Shown: in pieces, positions 37,791 to 50,182 of the stretch
Layout of the letters: the number at the start of each line of letters is the position of its first letter
Numbering within the stretch: the stretch's first letter is position 1
Source: Lytechinus pictus
Taxonomy: Eukaryota
Direction: 5' to 3'
Assembly: GCF_037042905.1 (NCBI RefSeq)
Contig: NC_087251.1
Span: forward strand, 47,370,001-47,434,000
Length of the DNA stretch: 64,000 nucleotides
Notes under the pieces: generated by a model
What the model saw: only the letters and a program-made list of their open reading frames with translations
What the model was told of the DNA's origin: nothing
The model's database searches: none
Program-made: the position numbers and the translations under genes

Positions 37791-40700
37791 TTTGGAACAG
37801 ACAGAGACCTGTGACCATTGGAAAAGTGGCACCTATGTCTCGCTTACGCTATGCAAGAAAGACAATAATCATAAACATTGCACAACTTACTGTACTTCTG
37901 GATATAGTGGCATATTTCTAGGTATCTTCCAGACATTTGACCCGAGTTTGTTGAGTTCATCCTTCAGCAGATAATGAATTCTTCCCACTCTAGCTCCATG
38001 TTGCATGCTTCCTGTTGGGCAACTTCGTCCAGATGAACCTTGGATTTCAGGGTCTTGATGTTGTTGTAAAGAAATACATAAAAAAGTTAAATGTTGATAA
38101 TCCAGAATGGTCAAATCCCTGAATTAAACGGCTGTGTAGCACAATATTATGAATACAAGAAAAAAAAACCATTGGAATGAAATAGTTCAGATGATATTAT
38201 GCAACAAGTGTTTTAACAACAACAAGGATTTTAATATTGACACTGCCTCCACTGTGCCTATAGTCTTGTTATAGTATGCATGGTGAAGGAGATGGGCAAG
38301 CTACCATTTAGGTGAGCTGGGGCCTGTAACATAAAACTTAGCAATGATCGTAGAACATTTTTCTACAATTGATTACATTGACTACAATGTACAATCAATC
38401 GTAAAAATCAAGCGTACAATTAATCGCTAACCTTTGTGTTACGGGACCCTGGATGTAGCTATCTAACAAAAGAGAAGCTTCAGAAAAATTGCTTGTACAT
38501 CCTGCTTGCTGAGGATGCTGCAATTTATCCATTCATACGAAAATCAATGATTGTTTCCTTTTTTTTATTCCAAATCTGAAACTATTTACTACATATGAAC
38601 ATCCAAGTATAATGAAATCTTAACCTTGGTTAAGCTTTTGATGTAGATACAAAAACAATATCAAGAATTCATTGACCCTAAATGACAATTGACCTTGATC
38701 ATGTGACCTGAAACTCATGCCAAAATGATCAATACGTCTTTATACATGCACTTTCAAACCTATGAACAATTCACATCTTCAAAACTTACCACTAGATCTG
38801 ACGGCATTTTTTCTGGGCTGCACAGGCATCTTCTTGCCGTTCGACCTGAGTTCATCCGCATTCCTGCAGCACAACACCAAATTATTCCTACTCTAGATCC
38901 ATTCTCTGTGCTTCCTGTTTGGTGACTTCTGCCAGATGAAGCTTCCATTTCAGGGCCATGGCTCTCGTGGAAAGTACTCTGTGCTTTCTGCAGAGAGAAA
39001 TACAAATTTAAGATATGAATTCAGTTCTCAATAATGTATTTGAAAAGTGTAAGAAAGTGTCTCCAAGTGATTGTGAAATATGCCTCAGATCTGGTGTTTG
39101 TTGTGAAGCATGAATTATCAAAATGATAACAAACTGACTACAGTTCCAGGATCACATCCATTACACACAGAAGAGCATGTATGGGACTACATTCAAAATG
39201 TCAGCCCAACGGTTTTGGTTGTGATTTGCTACATTTATAATGAGGGAGAGTTTGAAAAGCAATCCTTTGCAATGGATTATTTTCATGATATTCTTCCAAA
39301 ATAATCACGAAATACCTTGCAATAATTTCCCCCAAAATTTCATCATCTTTAAGGTACAATTGGAGGGAGAAGACAAGGTCAAAACATCAATACAAGGCAT
39401 CATCAGAGACGAAACTGGTTCAATCGCTCAATATTCTCGTTTCCTTTTTCATTTAAGATCGATCAGAGTCATAGAGTAAATTTTCCTCTACACAATATGT
39501 CTCTATTTTTCAACTAAGTTTAGAACATCAGCTTTGTGGTAACACAAGTAAATGTTGATAGTAGGACTCGATAATCGAGAATGGTTAATGGTACATACAT
39601 GTATAACCCAGTCCTTTTAGGGGTAATATTCAGAATGTTTGTACATGTAAGACAAGTTTGTATTTTCAAAGCATTGATTATATTGTGCTGGATATTTTTT
39701 TCTGCTTGGTTATTTTGATGCATTTATTTTATGTTTAAAGTGTGTTCTCACCAGAGTGCATGGTGGTCTTTTTTTTTTGAAGCAGTATAAATGTAATTTG
39801 ATTTCTATTGTTATGGTGTAGAAATAATATTGTATACTTCAGTTCAACATTATGAGATTCAATTTTCCCTCTTAATTTATATATAGATGGTCAGTAATTC
39901 ATGCTTATGCGCTACACGTTAAAAGGAAAGTCCTCTCCAGAACAAAGGTACTTCATCTTTTAGCAATGTGTAAACAATGATTTTAACAGGAAGATCTCTT
40001 CTTTTATGTCAGAAAATAATGACCTGCTGTTTACACACATGGATATAACCCAAAAATATCATTTTATGAGAATTCAATTCTAGATTTATTTATTTTTACA
40101 CCATCAATAATCCAATATAACTGTACAATAAATGGGGATCAGACAATGTTTTGATATTTAATGTGAATTTATTTGTAAATTCTGTGTAATTGTAATAAGA
40201 CAAAATCTGCTGCCCATGACAAGTATTCACTACCCTGATAAGCAGCAAACTACATGTATATTGTTTCACTTTCATGTTGTTCTGGAGAGGACATACTCAT
40301 GATTGCATTTTATATTTGGTCACTTGAATATCTATAGCTAACTTCTGATCTGATTAATTTATTCAGTTGTTGGATGGCTAATTAGCATTAAAGTTCTAAT
40401 TACGTAGGTTCTACAAATATATGTACATAACACCCAGTCAATCAAGAAGAAAACTAACTTTTCTTCCTTTTTCATTCCTAAAACCTCAAGCACAATATGG
40501 TCTACAAGTTGTTCAACAACCATCGACCAATCTGAGACAAACAAGACCAAGAGTCTACACTGTACACATACACACACCTACTCACTGAGTGTATGAACTC
40601 ACATGTCCATTTCATGTCATTATTGGATGTATACCCGGTATATATGTATGCTGCATTGCAACAGTTACAGTGAAATTTACATCGAACATGTGTGGCCACG

Positions 40701-40817
40701 TGGGTTGCATGTGGATGGTTGGGGAGGTGAAAGGCATTGGGTACAATATAAAAGTAAATGAACCTTTAATATGAACTGACATATTTTGAAACAGTGTGCT
40801 GATATAGACCTAACACC

Positions 40818-41760
40818 ATGGCAGAGATAAGATTGTTTAAAGTAAAATTCAAATGGACTTGGAGACTGAGATCACAAGAAAATACAAATGAAAAAGCAGA
40901 AAGAAATGACTGTGAAGAAGCTGACAGTGGAAATAGCAGAAATGCAAGGTACGTCAGAAAAATGAAGGTAACGCAACCTACTCAATTTAAGCAACACCTG
41001 GAAAAAGATGCTGCCCGAAAGAGAAAGGCATATATAAGTATTCAGGATAAGACTGAGAAACACAAGAAGGAACAAAGGCAGAAATGGTCAAGCTATAAGC
41101 AAGTACAACGCGACAAGGGTGAAAAGAGGAGTCAAAGAAACAATGTAAAAAAGCGTTTCAAAGATTTGTCACCAGAAGAGAAGAAGGAATATTTCAAGCT
41201 GAAGATGAAGGCATCGAGAGCGAGGATGACGAAACAAAATAAAAAATCAATGCAGCAAAAAGACAGGAGGAAAAAAGCAGCAACATGTGCAGAGGAAAAG
41301 GTCAAGAATATGGCAAAACAACCCGATAAAGAAGCCAGCAATACAACAACAAAGAACTAGAACTAAGGTGAAAGAATCACAGGTTAATATATATCACAAA
41401 ACAAGAGAAAATCCGGGTAAAAAACAAAGACGGAAGGGGCACAGACAATACCACATGTACAACAATGTGTCATAGAGTGGTCAAGAGTACAGCACAACAA
41501 CCTGACAAGCCAGTGATACAACAATTACAGCCAAAAGCCAAACCAAGTCAGAAGCAAAGCAAAATAGCAATCTGAAGAAGGAAGCAGCAAGGCAACCTTC
41601 TAATTTCTATAGAAAATGGCCAGCAGCAATGACAGAGAGTCCAAGCTCATATGTGAAGCTGGTGATATCCCTTAACTCCGGTTCACCTGTAACTCCAATA
41701 AAGAAGCAAAAACAACTGAAAATGCAAGGTATCAACATCATCCCGGAAGCAGAAAGTATA
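40818..41760 (+). pseudogene. Basic coiled-coil ORF remnant, possibly a DNA-transposon protein N-terminus
   Basis: 180-aa K/R/E-rich ORF (RYVRKMK..KDAARKRK..EQRQKW..KQVQR; LSPEEKKEYFKLKMKASR) followed by broken frames; no catalytic motif seen. Confidence 0.35.
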
Positions 41761-42454
41761 GCAAAATATCATATGTGAAAAAGTGTAAAAAAAGATCGAG
41801 TTGATCCAGTAAAGAGTAAAGACAGAAAAGCCTCATACACTGTTCTGCAAGCAATGTACCAAGGATCATGAGCCATCAGATATGAATGCATGCTCAAACC
41901 AAGAAAAAAAAACACATTTGTATCGGTCCCACAGCCTTACAATGGCGTGTAGTAGTAGTATGCCTAAAGTACTATAAGAGCAGTGCTTAGGAAAAGTTGA
42001 ATCATCACATCCTTCGGAGGATCAAGAATTTAGACCAATGTTTCTTTGACTTCCTATATGAGTCTGTAACATGGCGTATCTAATCCCACAAGAGGTTTCG
42101 TGGATGATAATACCTAGAGCTGTACCTTTGGAGGTGAGCAAGACTGTCCAACAGAAAGCCAACTTACTCGATCTCATGCTTGGTCAAATAGCCAATTTCT
42201 GTTCTGTCATTGCCAGAAATCCTAATGTTCATAATTCAACTTAATTGAATGACTTTTGGGCCATTATCAGGCTCCACTGTGGTTTCCAAGCAAAGGGTGC
42301 TCATTTTCTGGATTTTTGTGAGATAAAACACAAACGCACATGTAATGTACAAAGGCACCTTGTTTGTAGCTATATGGATCATACATGCCTACATGCTCAT
42401 TGATTTTGGGGCGTAACCCATCAATCATGGCAGAAGACATCATAATAGAGACCA

Positions 42455-42686
42455 TAAAAAAATGCCCAATGCTGATGCGTGCTTTTGTCACAGTGTGCCA
42501 AATTGACGCCTGTAACCGTGGTTATATACACTGTATGCTATTTTATTCATGAGTCTACTGTTTTGAGTAATGAGTCCACTCTTCAAACAGTGGACTCATG
42601 AATAAAATAGCGTAATCCAACCATGGTAAGAGGCGTCAATTTGGCGCACTGTGACAAAAGCGCGCATCATCATTGGATATTTTTCA
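42455..42686. repeat. ~230-bp imperfect hairpin
   Basis: gcttttgtcacagtg.gccaaattgacgcc ... gctattttattcatgagtc.actgttt mirrored by aaacagtggactcatgaataaaatagc ... ggcgtcaatttggcgcactgtgacaaaagc. Confidence 0.85.
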
Positions 42687-43279
42687 ATATGCGCGGTAAA
42701 ATAAGCGTAATTTATACAGGAAATCTGCATAAACCATGGACTCAACCATGGGTTTTCAAAACCACCTTTGTGAATTCGGGCCGTAGTGTCGGAGAGAGCC
42801 ATTTGTGTTGTGTGTGAGAACGTAAAAATGAAGTTGCGTGCCATTTAACAGGCTGGCTGCTTCCAAATCAGAACCCTAGCTTACTTCAGATCAAGGTTTA
42901 AAATGAGATGACTTTTAACAGCAAATAAGATCACTTTGAACAACGTTCAAAACCCCAAGCAGAAAGTGTATGTCAGGCAAGGAATTTGCTCAACTTTCCT
43001 TGCAAATGTGTAGAAAAGATATTCCCTCATGACTCCATACATGTAGGGGAGATCAGGGTCAGTTGTAGACCAAAAGCTTCAGTCTCTGTATTTTGGTTGT
43101 TCCGCTGAACTACGTTGGCTCCACTCACCATACATAGACTGAAGGGGATGGGGCCCCGTACCTACAGCCAACGTATAGTGAACTAGCGTTTTATAGATCG
43201 CGATTTAAAACTGTTTTTTAAGCAAAATTGAAAGTTTCATGGTTTCCATTATCAGGGAAATATAAATAACTTAAGTAAT

Positions 43280-44460
43280 TGCATACCTTGGGCCGGAGTT
43301 ATTGAAAAAAATCCTCTGGATGATTGAGAAATCTGTCATCTAAGACATTTTCACCTGACCTGACGGTTTTTCTTGCAAGTTGCCATCTTGAATGACGTCA
43401 TTATCGTTATTAACTTAATGTCTCGAATCGATATATCGCGATTATAACTAGTACTAGTACTAGTATAACTAGTATCGTTTATCTTCGGTTTCGTTCGCAT
43501 ATGGAGCAGATCGTATAATATCGAAAGCAATATCGATATCACATTCGTGATTGTTGACGTTCGTTTGTAAATATTTTATAGTTTGGCTGCCATTTTGACC
43601 ATTTTTATCGTGTTCAACCCAATTAAACATCGGTAAAGTATATTTTTCATGCCTTTTTCATCTATATCGTTTAAAGTATTTAAATGTTGGAATATCAAGT
43701 TTTAAAAGTTTGTTGTTTATACATCCTTACTAGATTGTAAATTCGATGTGTAAAATTACATCAAACTTTGGACTGTGAATTGACAAAAGGGAGGGAATGA
43801 GAACACATGCGAGCCCACACGTTAATGTTGTAAATCGGATCAAAAATCAGATCGAAAATCGGATCGGCAGTTAAGCTTCAAAAATCGAAATCGAATCGGC
43901 GATGTTTAAAAACAAAGGAATACATCATCATTTTGTTCGCGGTCGCGAGCATCTTCCTGACAAAGTCACAAAGACGAATGTTTAGGAATGGAAGTCGTCG
44001 ACATGCGCGATCGTTTGGAACATGCTTTTAAAGGGTTTTGAGGTTTACCGTAACTGCTTTACAATAAAATGAGTTATTTTTATTAGAAAGATAAACGAAT
44101 GACGCATCTTCCGAGCAAAGTCGCAAAGGAAAATAATTCTCGTAGATCACAGGTCAATGAACGATCGGCGGGACATCTTTTATAAGTATTTTTGTGTGAA
44201 GCTGATCTCAGCTAAGTTCGCTCATTATAATATGTGATTACAGCCACGCCCAATAACCATTCCAAAGTACACCCATTTTGTTATAATAGCTTACTTGGTA
44301 CATCAGTTCTGGGAAAAGTTAAGTCACGCCTCACTATCAATCTTTTTGTATACCCACCCACTCAACAATATCAGTGAATTACGCAATGCGCGCAAGCATT
44401 CACACAATACAAGATAGTTTTGAGGCATAGCCCCGAGAACTTGGAACCGCCCAGACTCAA
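43280..44460. promoter_or_regulatory. CpG-rich promoter-like region
   Basis: Abrupt CpG enrichment versus the depleted 16-43 kb region; GCCATCTT/GCCATTTT (YY1-like), TGACGTCA, TATCGATA (43531), cacgcccaat; candidate donors on both strands (minus AAG|GTATGC ~43287; plus CG|GTAAAG ~43632). Confidence 0.4.
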
Positions 44461-44584
44461 CGGGCTAGCGCAAAGTTCTTTACACTACCTTTTGGCATGT
44501 GCACGTGGTGGGTTTGATTGACACTGTTAACAGTGCTATTCTTTGAGTTGGCTCAATGGCTGGATTAATGACAATATATCACCG

Positions 44585-45305
44585 CAAGTATGGCTTACAT
44601 GATACATACAACACGCAACACATCCATACACACTGCTCTCAAACTCCCTTGCTATTATTCGTACCTAGGCCGTGTGTGCACTTTTGGGCGGGATTTAAGC
44701 AGGGCATTGACTAGCATATACAACACATCCATGCACCCCAGCATTCATATATATTTCTCAAACTCCCTTGCTATTCGTCCATTGTGTGAACTCATGGGCG
44801 GGATTATGACAAAAATTAGCGCAAGCACTAGCATACGTAATACATACAATACATTCCTGCACCCATGCAGTCACATACAGCTCTCAAACTCCATTGCTAT
44901 TGGCCATTGTATTCACTTATGGGCGGGATTTATCAGCATAAGCACTAGCATACATAATGCACACAACACATTCATGCACCCATGCAGTCACATACAGCTC
45001 TCAAACTCCATTGCTATTGGCCATTGTATTCACTCATGGGCGGGATTTATCAGCTTAAGCACTAGCATACATAATGCATGTAATATTCATGTACCCATGC
45101 AGTCACACACAGCTCCCAAACTCCCTTGCTATTGGTCCATTGTATTCACTTATGGGCGGGATTTATCAGCATAAGCACTAGCATACATAATGCATACAAC
45201 ACATTCATGCACCCATATGCAGTCACATACAGCTCTCAAACTCCATTGCTATTGGCCATTGTGTGCACTCATGGGCGGGATAAATGACAAACACAGTACA
45301 AGTAC
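44585..45305. repeat. Tandem array of ~116-118-bp unit (~6 copies)
   Basis: agcactagcatac recurs at ~44824, 44941, 45058, 45174; the unit contains gctattggcc and atgggcggga. Confidence 0.92.
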
Positions 45306-45829
45306 ATGTTCCTTGTTTGTATTATACAATACATTCATTCCAAGTTCCACTCCCACCATACCAGTCAGCGCAGCTACCGGTAGGTCATCATAAGTAGGTC
45401 AACCTTTTATGAGTCATTTCTGACATTCTATTGTTCGAACTATTCGATTGTTAAAAAGCTCTAAACAGCTAGCACCTCCGCAAGGACAATCTTAAAATAT
45501 GTTCTGACCGCACTGTAACTAGATCTCCAGGTATGCCGATTTTTTTATCCGATTTTTTCCTTCAAGGGGCATGATCGAAGATCGGCAAGTGATCGCCGAT
45601 TGTTGTGAAATCGAATGGAATCGGTTGCCGATTGCAAAATCGGTTACAAGCTTACCACACGTACACCCTACCGTCGGTAAATGGGGATTACAGTAAAATG
45701 TCAGAAATTGTTGAATAAATCCCCAAAAACGACGGTTATTCCTGTCTAGGTCAGTTGAACATTTTTGACAAAAATGGCTGTAAAATCCAAATAGATTTTA
45801 CTCGAGAAACAACCAATATGTCAGCTTAA

Positions 45830-46765
45830 GGACGTTCCACAGTTAAAGTGAAATCCATGTCATTTTCACCAAACTTTGCACATAGATACTTTAGAACCTC
45901 AATATTCGAAATATGCAAAAATTAACATAGGTCCATGTGCTTGATTTTTTGCTATAGAACTTCAAAGTTCACCCAAATTGATGTTCTTAAGAATTGCGCA
46001 TTCAAAAGAATTTGGCATTTTTAGACCGCCCTAGATTACTACAATGAGTTTAAACCTGTATTACTCAGTCAAAATACATGAAAAAGTCATCAAATTTCGC
46101 AAGAGAGTTGATAATTGTATCGTTAGAATGGAGAATATATTTATAGTGCTATTTGTTTGCAATTTTAAGTTTAACAGCACTGTCAGTTCTTAAAAATGGA
46201 GTAAAAGATAACAAAATCCCAATCTAAAAAATGTGAAATTTCAGTAACAAACTACAAAAGTACAATAAATGCTGCACTTTATTCAAAATCCATGTCATTT
46301 TCACCAAAATTTGTAGAGTTGTAGAGGAAGGTATACCTAAGAGGAACAAACATTAAAAAATAGGGGTTCATGTGCTTGTTTTTAAACTATCAGTATTTTT
46401 ATTAGAGCAAATGTGCTTTTTAAAACACCAAAAATGCGCCGAATGCTTTGTATCTATGTGAAGAAAAAATCAAAACCACTCTACCATTTATTCAAACTCG
46501 GGGTAATATTCGTGATTCTTGGCAGCACTGCAGAGTAAAGTATTTTGAAATTGTAGAGAATCTTTTTTTGAATGATCCATGGAATAATTCAATTTTTTAG
46601 CTTCATGAAATAACGCATCGGATCTGCAGTTAAAGTGCAGAAGATGAGAAAAATCAGCACATACCCGCAGCTAATTAATCACCTGTTCATCCATTGTGAC
46701 GTCAGCGCGCAGAGTGTAAACTATGCGCAGATCATAATGCGCACAAACATAACTGTGGAACGTCC
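45830..46765. mobile_element. Non-autonomous Kolobok-like element
   Basis: TTAA|GGACGTTCCACAGTTA ... TAACTGTGGAACGTCC|TTAA; 16-bp perfect TIR. Confidence 0.85.
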
Positions 46766-48573
46766 TTAAACTTAAGCATATATCTAAGGGCTTCAAATAT
46801 ACCCCATAAAATGTTTAGCTCTATGATGGTTACTGAAAAAAATCTGCCTTGAACAAGACCATCGCAAGCCCATATACCTCGCATGTTGTGTGAGTGGAAT
46901 CTACCCAGTCCCCACTCACACAAGCATGCGAGGCCGAGGTTAGCTGCCCAGTCCTCAGTCCCTCGTTTTGCACGGTCGACTCCAGCCCGCTTCGCGGGCC
47001 GGAGCGGAGCACTCCTGCCTGGGTTAAAACTTAAAAGAAAACTATGAGTGACTCAGTCTCAGTATGAGAATTCTCGTCATTCTACATTATAAATAATTCA
47101 ATCATACGCGATTAAAGATGACAATGTTAGTTTTTATCAATAAATTAGGTACACTTACTTTCAAATTACCCTCGTAATACAGAAAGAAAACTGCTGTCCA
47201 ATTCCAGGCCTCGCCTTTTATTCAATTTTAGGCTTTGCAAATTAAATATGGCGCGCTTGGCGCATGCATGTGCAGTATGCAGTGCAATGTCGCCGAAGCG
47301 TCCAATTTTAAAATGAAAAAAAAATCTATTACCCGGTAAAACAAAAATCAGAATTTGAGCATGCATGTAGGAACTGTAGTTGATTTTACAACGAAAGAAA
47401 TAATACAGGTTTTGGTTAGATACAGAAGTTTAATAAAAATCAATGAAGACTAAGACGAAATGGTATAGAAAAGGTACAATTTATAATAATGATAATAATA
47501 ATAATAATGGTGTAGTATTTTCCAAATTTCATCCTTTTTCATTTCTCAACTTTGCCTTCTATTTATACTCATCATCTTCGAGAGGAAATTACCCTTGGAT
47601 ACCAGTTACTTCCATTCCTTAGCAATAAACATGCCAACAAGTGGTCAATAATGACCCTCACACAGCACACTCACCTGTGACTCGCTATAAATTCTCTGAA
47701 TTGGTACCTCTCTCTCCCCTCTCTCTTTGTTTACATCCTACATCACATTTGGGATGAAAACTACTACTTTCTTTTCTTTTCTGAACACACTTCTCAAAGT
47801 TTTCTACTTCAGTAAACACGTGTTTTGAGAACGTCGTCAAATACTTGATACTTTTGTGGACTCCCATCATCTCACTTGGAGTAAATTCATCCATTGTATT
47901 TTCTACTTCATATTCAACAAGTTTTCGTACTACCCTTTTTATTCTCCGTCATTCCACTAAGAGAAATATCAAAAATACCGCTTGTGCTAGCCATTTTGTG
48001 ATAATATCTGTGTGATTTTCTATACACGTATACATATACATATTGGGATTGTGCAATAATTGGAACACTTTGTTATATTGGAGGATTGTCTGTCGGATCT
48101 CTACACGCATAAAGTCGGTAAGTGGAGATTGGCTAATTACCATTTCATCTTATAAACCAACCCCCGCTTCAATGGTACATAGTACTGGTTAGGTACAGAA
48201 GTTTAATAAGAATCAATGAAGACTAAGACGAAATGGTATAGAAAAGGTACAATTTATAATAATAATAATAATAGTAATAATATAATAATTTTTTTATTTA
48301 TTGGTATATACACATAAAAATTGACCAGCAGCACATGCTGAAAGGGTAAATTTACAAAAATTCATGAAGTACAATATACAGATATAACAAAGCAAATGAA
48401 CAAAAACGTACAGTATTCTATATCAAAACGATCCAATAATTAAAAGATGTATCTCATAAATAGAAGATTGAGAAAGAGAGAAATAAGCAAAGGGGAAGAG
48501 GGAGAGAGAGGAAGAGAGAGAGAGAGAAATGAGAGTAATGGAAAGAAAGAGGGGGAGAGAGAGGGGGTATGCC

Positions 48574-48826
48574 CAGTGGCGTACCTAGGATTTTCTACAG
48601 GGGGGCAAATTCGTCCGCCAAAAAATTCGACGAGCAAAAAAAAAAAAAAAAATGGTCTTTAACCACGAATAAAGGATCTCGTCCGCCAAAAAATTTGACA
48701 AGCAAAAAAAAAAAAAAAGGTCTTCAAGACTCGTCAGGGGGGCAGGGATATGTCCTTGCATGGGTTGTGACTCGTCAGGGGGGGCAGTCTGCCCCCTCTG
48801 CCCCCCCCCCCGTAGGTACTCTAGTG
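48574..48826 (+). mobile_element. hAT-type MITE (CAGTGGCGTA family)
   Basis: cagtggcgtaccta ... taggtactctagtg; perfect 8-bp TSD ggtatgcc. Confidence 0.85.
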
Positions 48827-49269
48827 GGTATGCCCAAATAAAGAGAAAAATTGAGTGATCGAGGTAGAGAGAAAAACAGAAAGTGGTAAAGAAGAGGAGA
48901 GTGACATGGAAAACATAGAAGACAAAATACTGTCAATTATTGAAACTACATAAAGATATGAATATCCTGTATGAGATACAAAATGAATTATATATATAAA
49001 TAGATTCAACATATATAAGAACAATTAGTATAATACATTTTAGCAAGACAATAACTGTGATCATTTCAAATTTTCCATGTACGTATAGGCCTAACCTACA
49101 AAAAAACCGATAGAAAGCTAAAGAAAGGATGTAAAGAAAGAAAGAGGGACAGACAAGGAAATAAATTGAGAAAAGTGCAAGGGAAAGGACTCAAATAGGT
49201 AAAGAGAATAGTACTATAGGAAAGGGAAAAGAGAAAGGAAAGAGGGAGAATATAATAATAATAATATAA

Positions 49270-49567
49270 TAACAATAATAATAGTAATAATGGTTATATA
49301 GCACACATGCAGGTCCACCTTTCGGTGCTCATGGCGCTTTAAAAAAGGCCCTGCTATTATTATTACCCCGGCTAAGCTTAGGTAACTGATTAAGGCATAC
49401 ACTGCTTTTTGAGAAATTACTTCCTGTAGGTACCCACATCACCAGGGTCGAGTACAGCATACAGTGGATGAATTACTTGCTGAAGAAAATTACGCCATGG
49501 CTGGGATTCGAACCCACGACCCTCTGTTTCAAAGTCCGGATACTAATCCACTGGGCCACAACGCTCC
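49270..49567 (-). mobile_element. tRNA-derived SINE
   Basis: Minus-strand head ggagcgttgtggcccagtgg (A box) ... ggttcgaatccc (B box), body, aaagcgc..gagc 3' motif and (TAT)n tail. A related fragment lies at ~31925-32030. Confidence 0.85.
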
Positions 49568-49604
49568 ACAACGCTTGCCATCCCGTTGATAATTAAGTCT
49601 TTTA

Positions 49605-50182
49605 AGGTCAACCCCACTCCAGAAAAATGTTGATTTGAATAGGCCTTAAAAGAAAAAACTCTAGCATAACGCTGAAAATTTCATCACTGAAAAACGGATG
49701 TAAAATGAGAAAGTTATGAAATATTAAATTTTCGCTTATTTTTCATAAAACAGTGATATGCACAACTCAGGGACATGCATAATTATGAAAGAGTAAAATG
49801 ATGTCCTTCACTCACTGTTTCTTTCAGTTTTTTTTTTAATTGTTTGAATTATGCAATATTTCATTTTTTACAGATTTGGCAATAAGGACCAACATGACAT
49901 GCTAATTCCACATGCTCAGGATAATCGTTCTTTCACTTGACATTTAGGAGAAAATTAGAATATCTCCTATATAAAATACAAAAGAAATAATGAGTGGATG
50001 ACGTCATCAGTCTCCTCATTTGCATACCGACCAGGGTGTGCATAATAACTGTTTTGTGAAATTATGCAGAACTTTAAAATGTCATAGCTTTCTTATTTTA
50101 CATCCGATTTTGATGATTTTTTTCAGTGTTTGTTGTTGGATTTTTCTCTTTTTATTCAAATAAACTTTTGTTGGGGTGGATT
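49605..50182. mobile_element. Family A T2/Kolobok-type MITE (diverged copy)
   Basis: Internal blocks shared with 10784-11380; degenerate termini. Confidence 0.75.

Larger units (their letters stand above)
32423..38987 (-). pseudogene. Four decayed copies of an unidentified ~190-nt coiled-coil exon (32423-32611, 35484-35660, 37891-~38062, 38790-38987)
   Basis: Three copies have a tttctctgcag-type acceptor (mutated in the 37.9-kb copy) and all end at gtaag. Consensus QAQSAIHES.A..S.V.L.EV...EA..MELEWEEF..IL..EL.KL.S.VK.MP; every copy has stops or frameshifts; flanking intron sequence is also duplicated. Confidence 0.55.

Noticed and set aside
44590..45393. 194-aa and 67-aa repetitive ORFs, or a CRISPR array
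   Set aside because: Translations of the ~117-bp tandem repeat; the frame shifts between units and there are no spacers.
49490..49567. tRNA gene
   Set aside because: A and B boxes are present but run into a SINE body and simple-repeat tail; no complete acceptor stem. The same applies to ~55935 and ~62480-62550.
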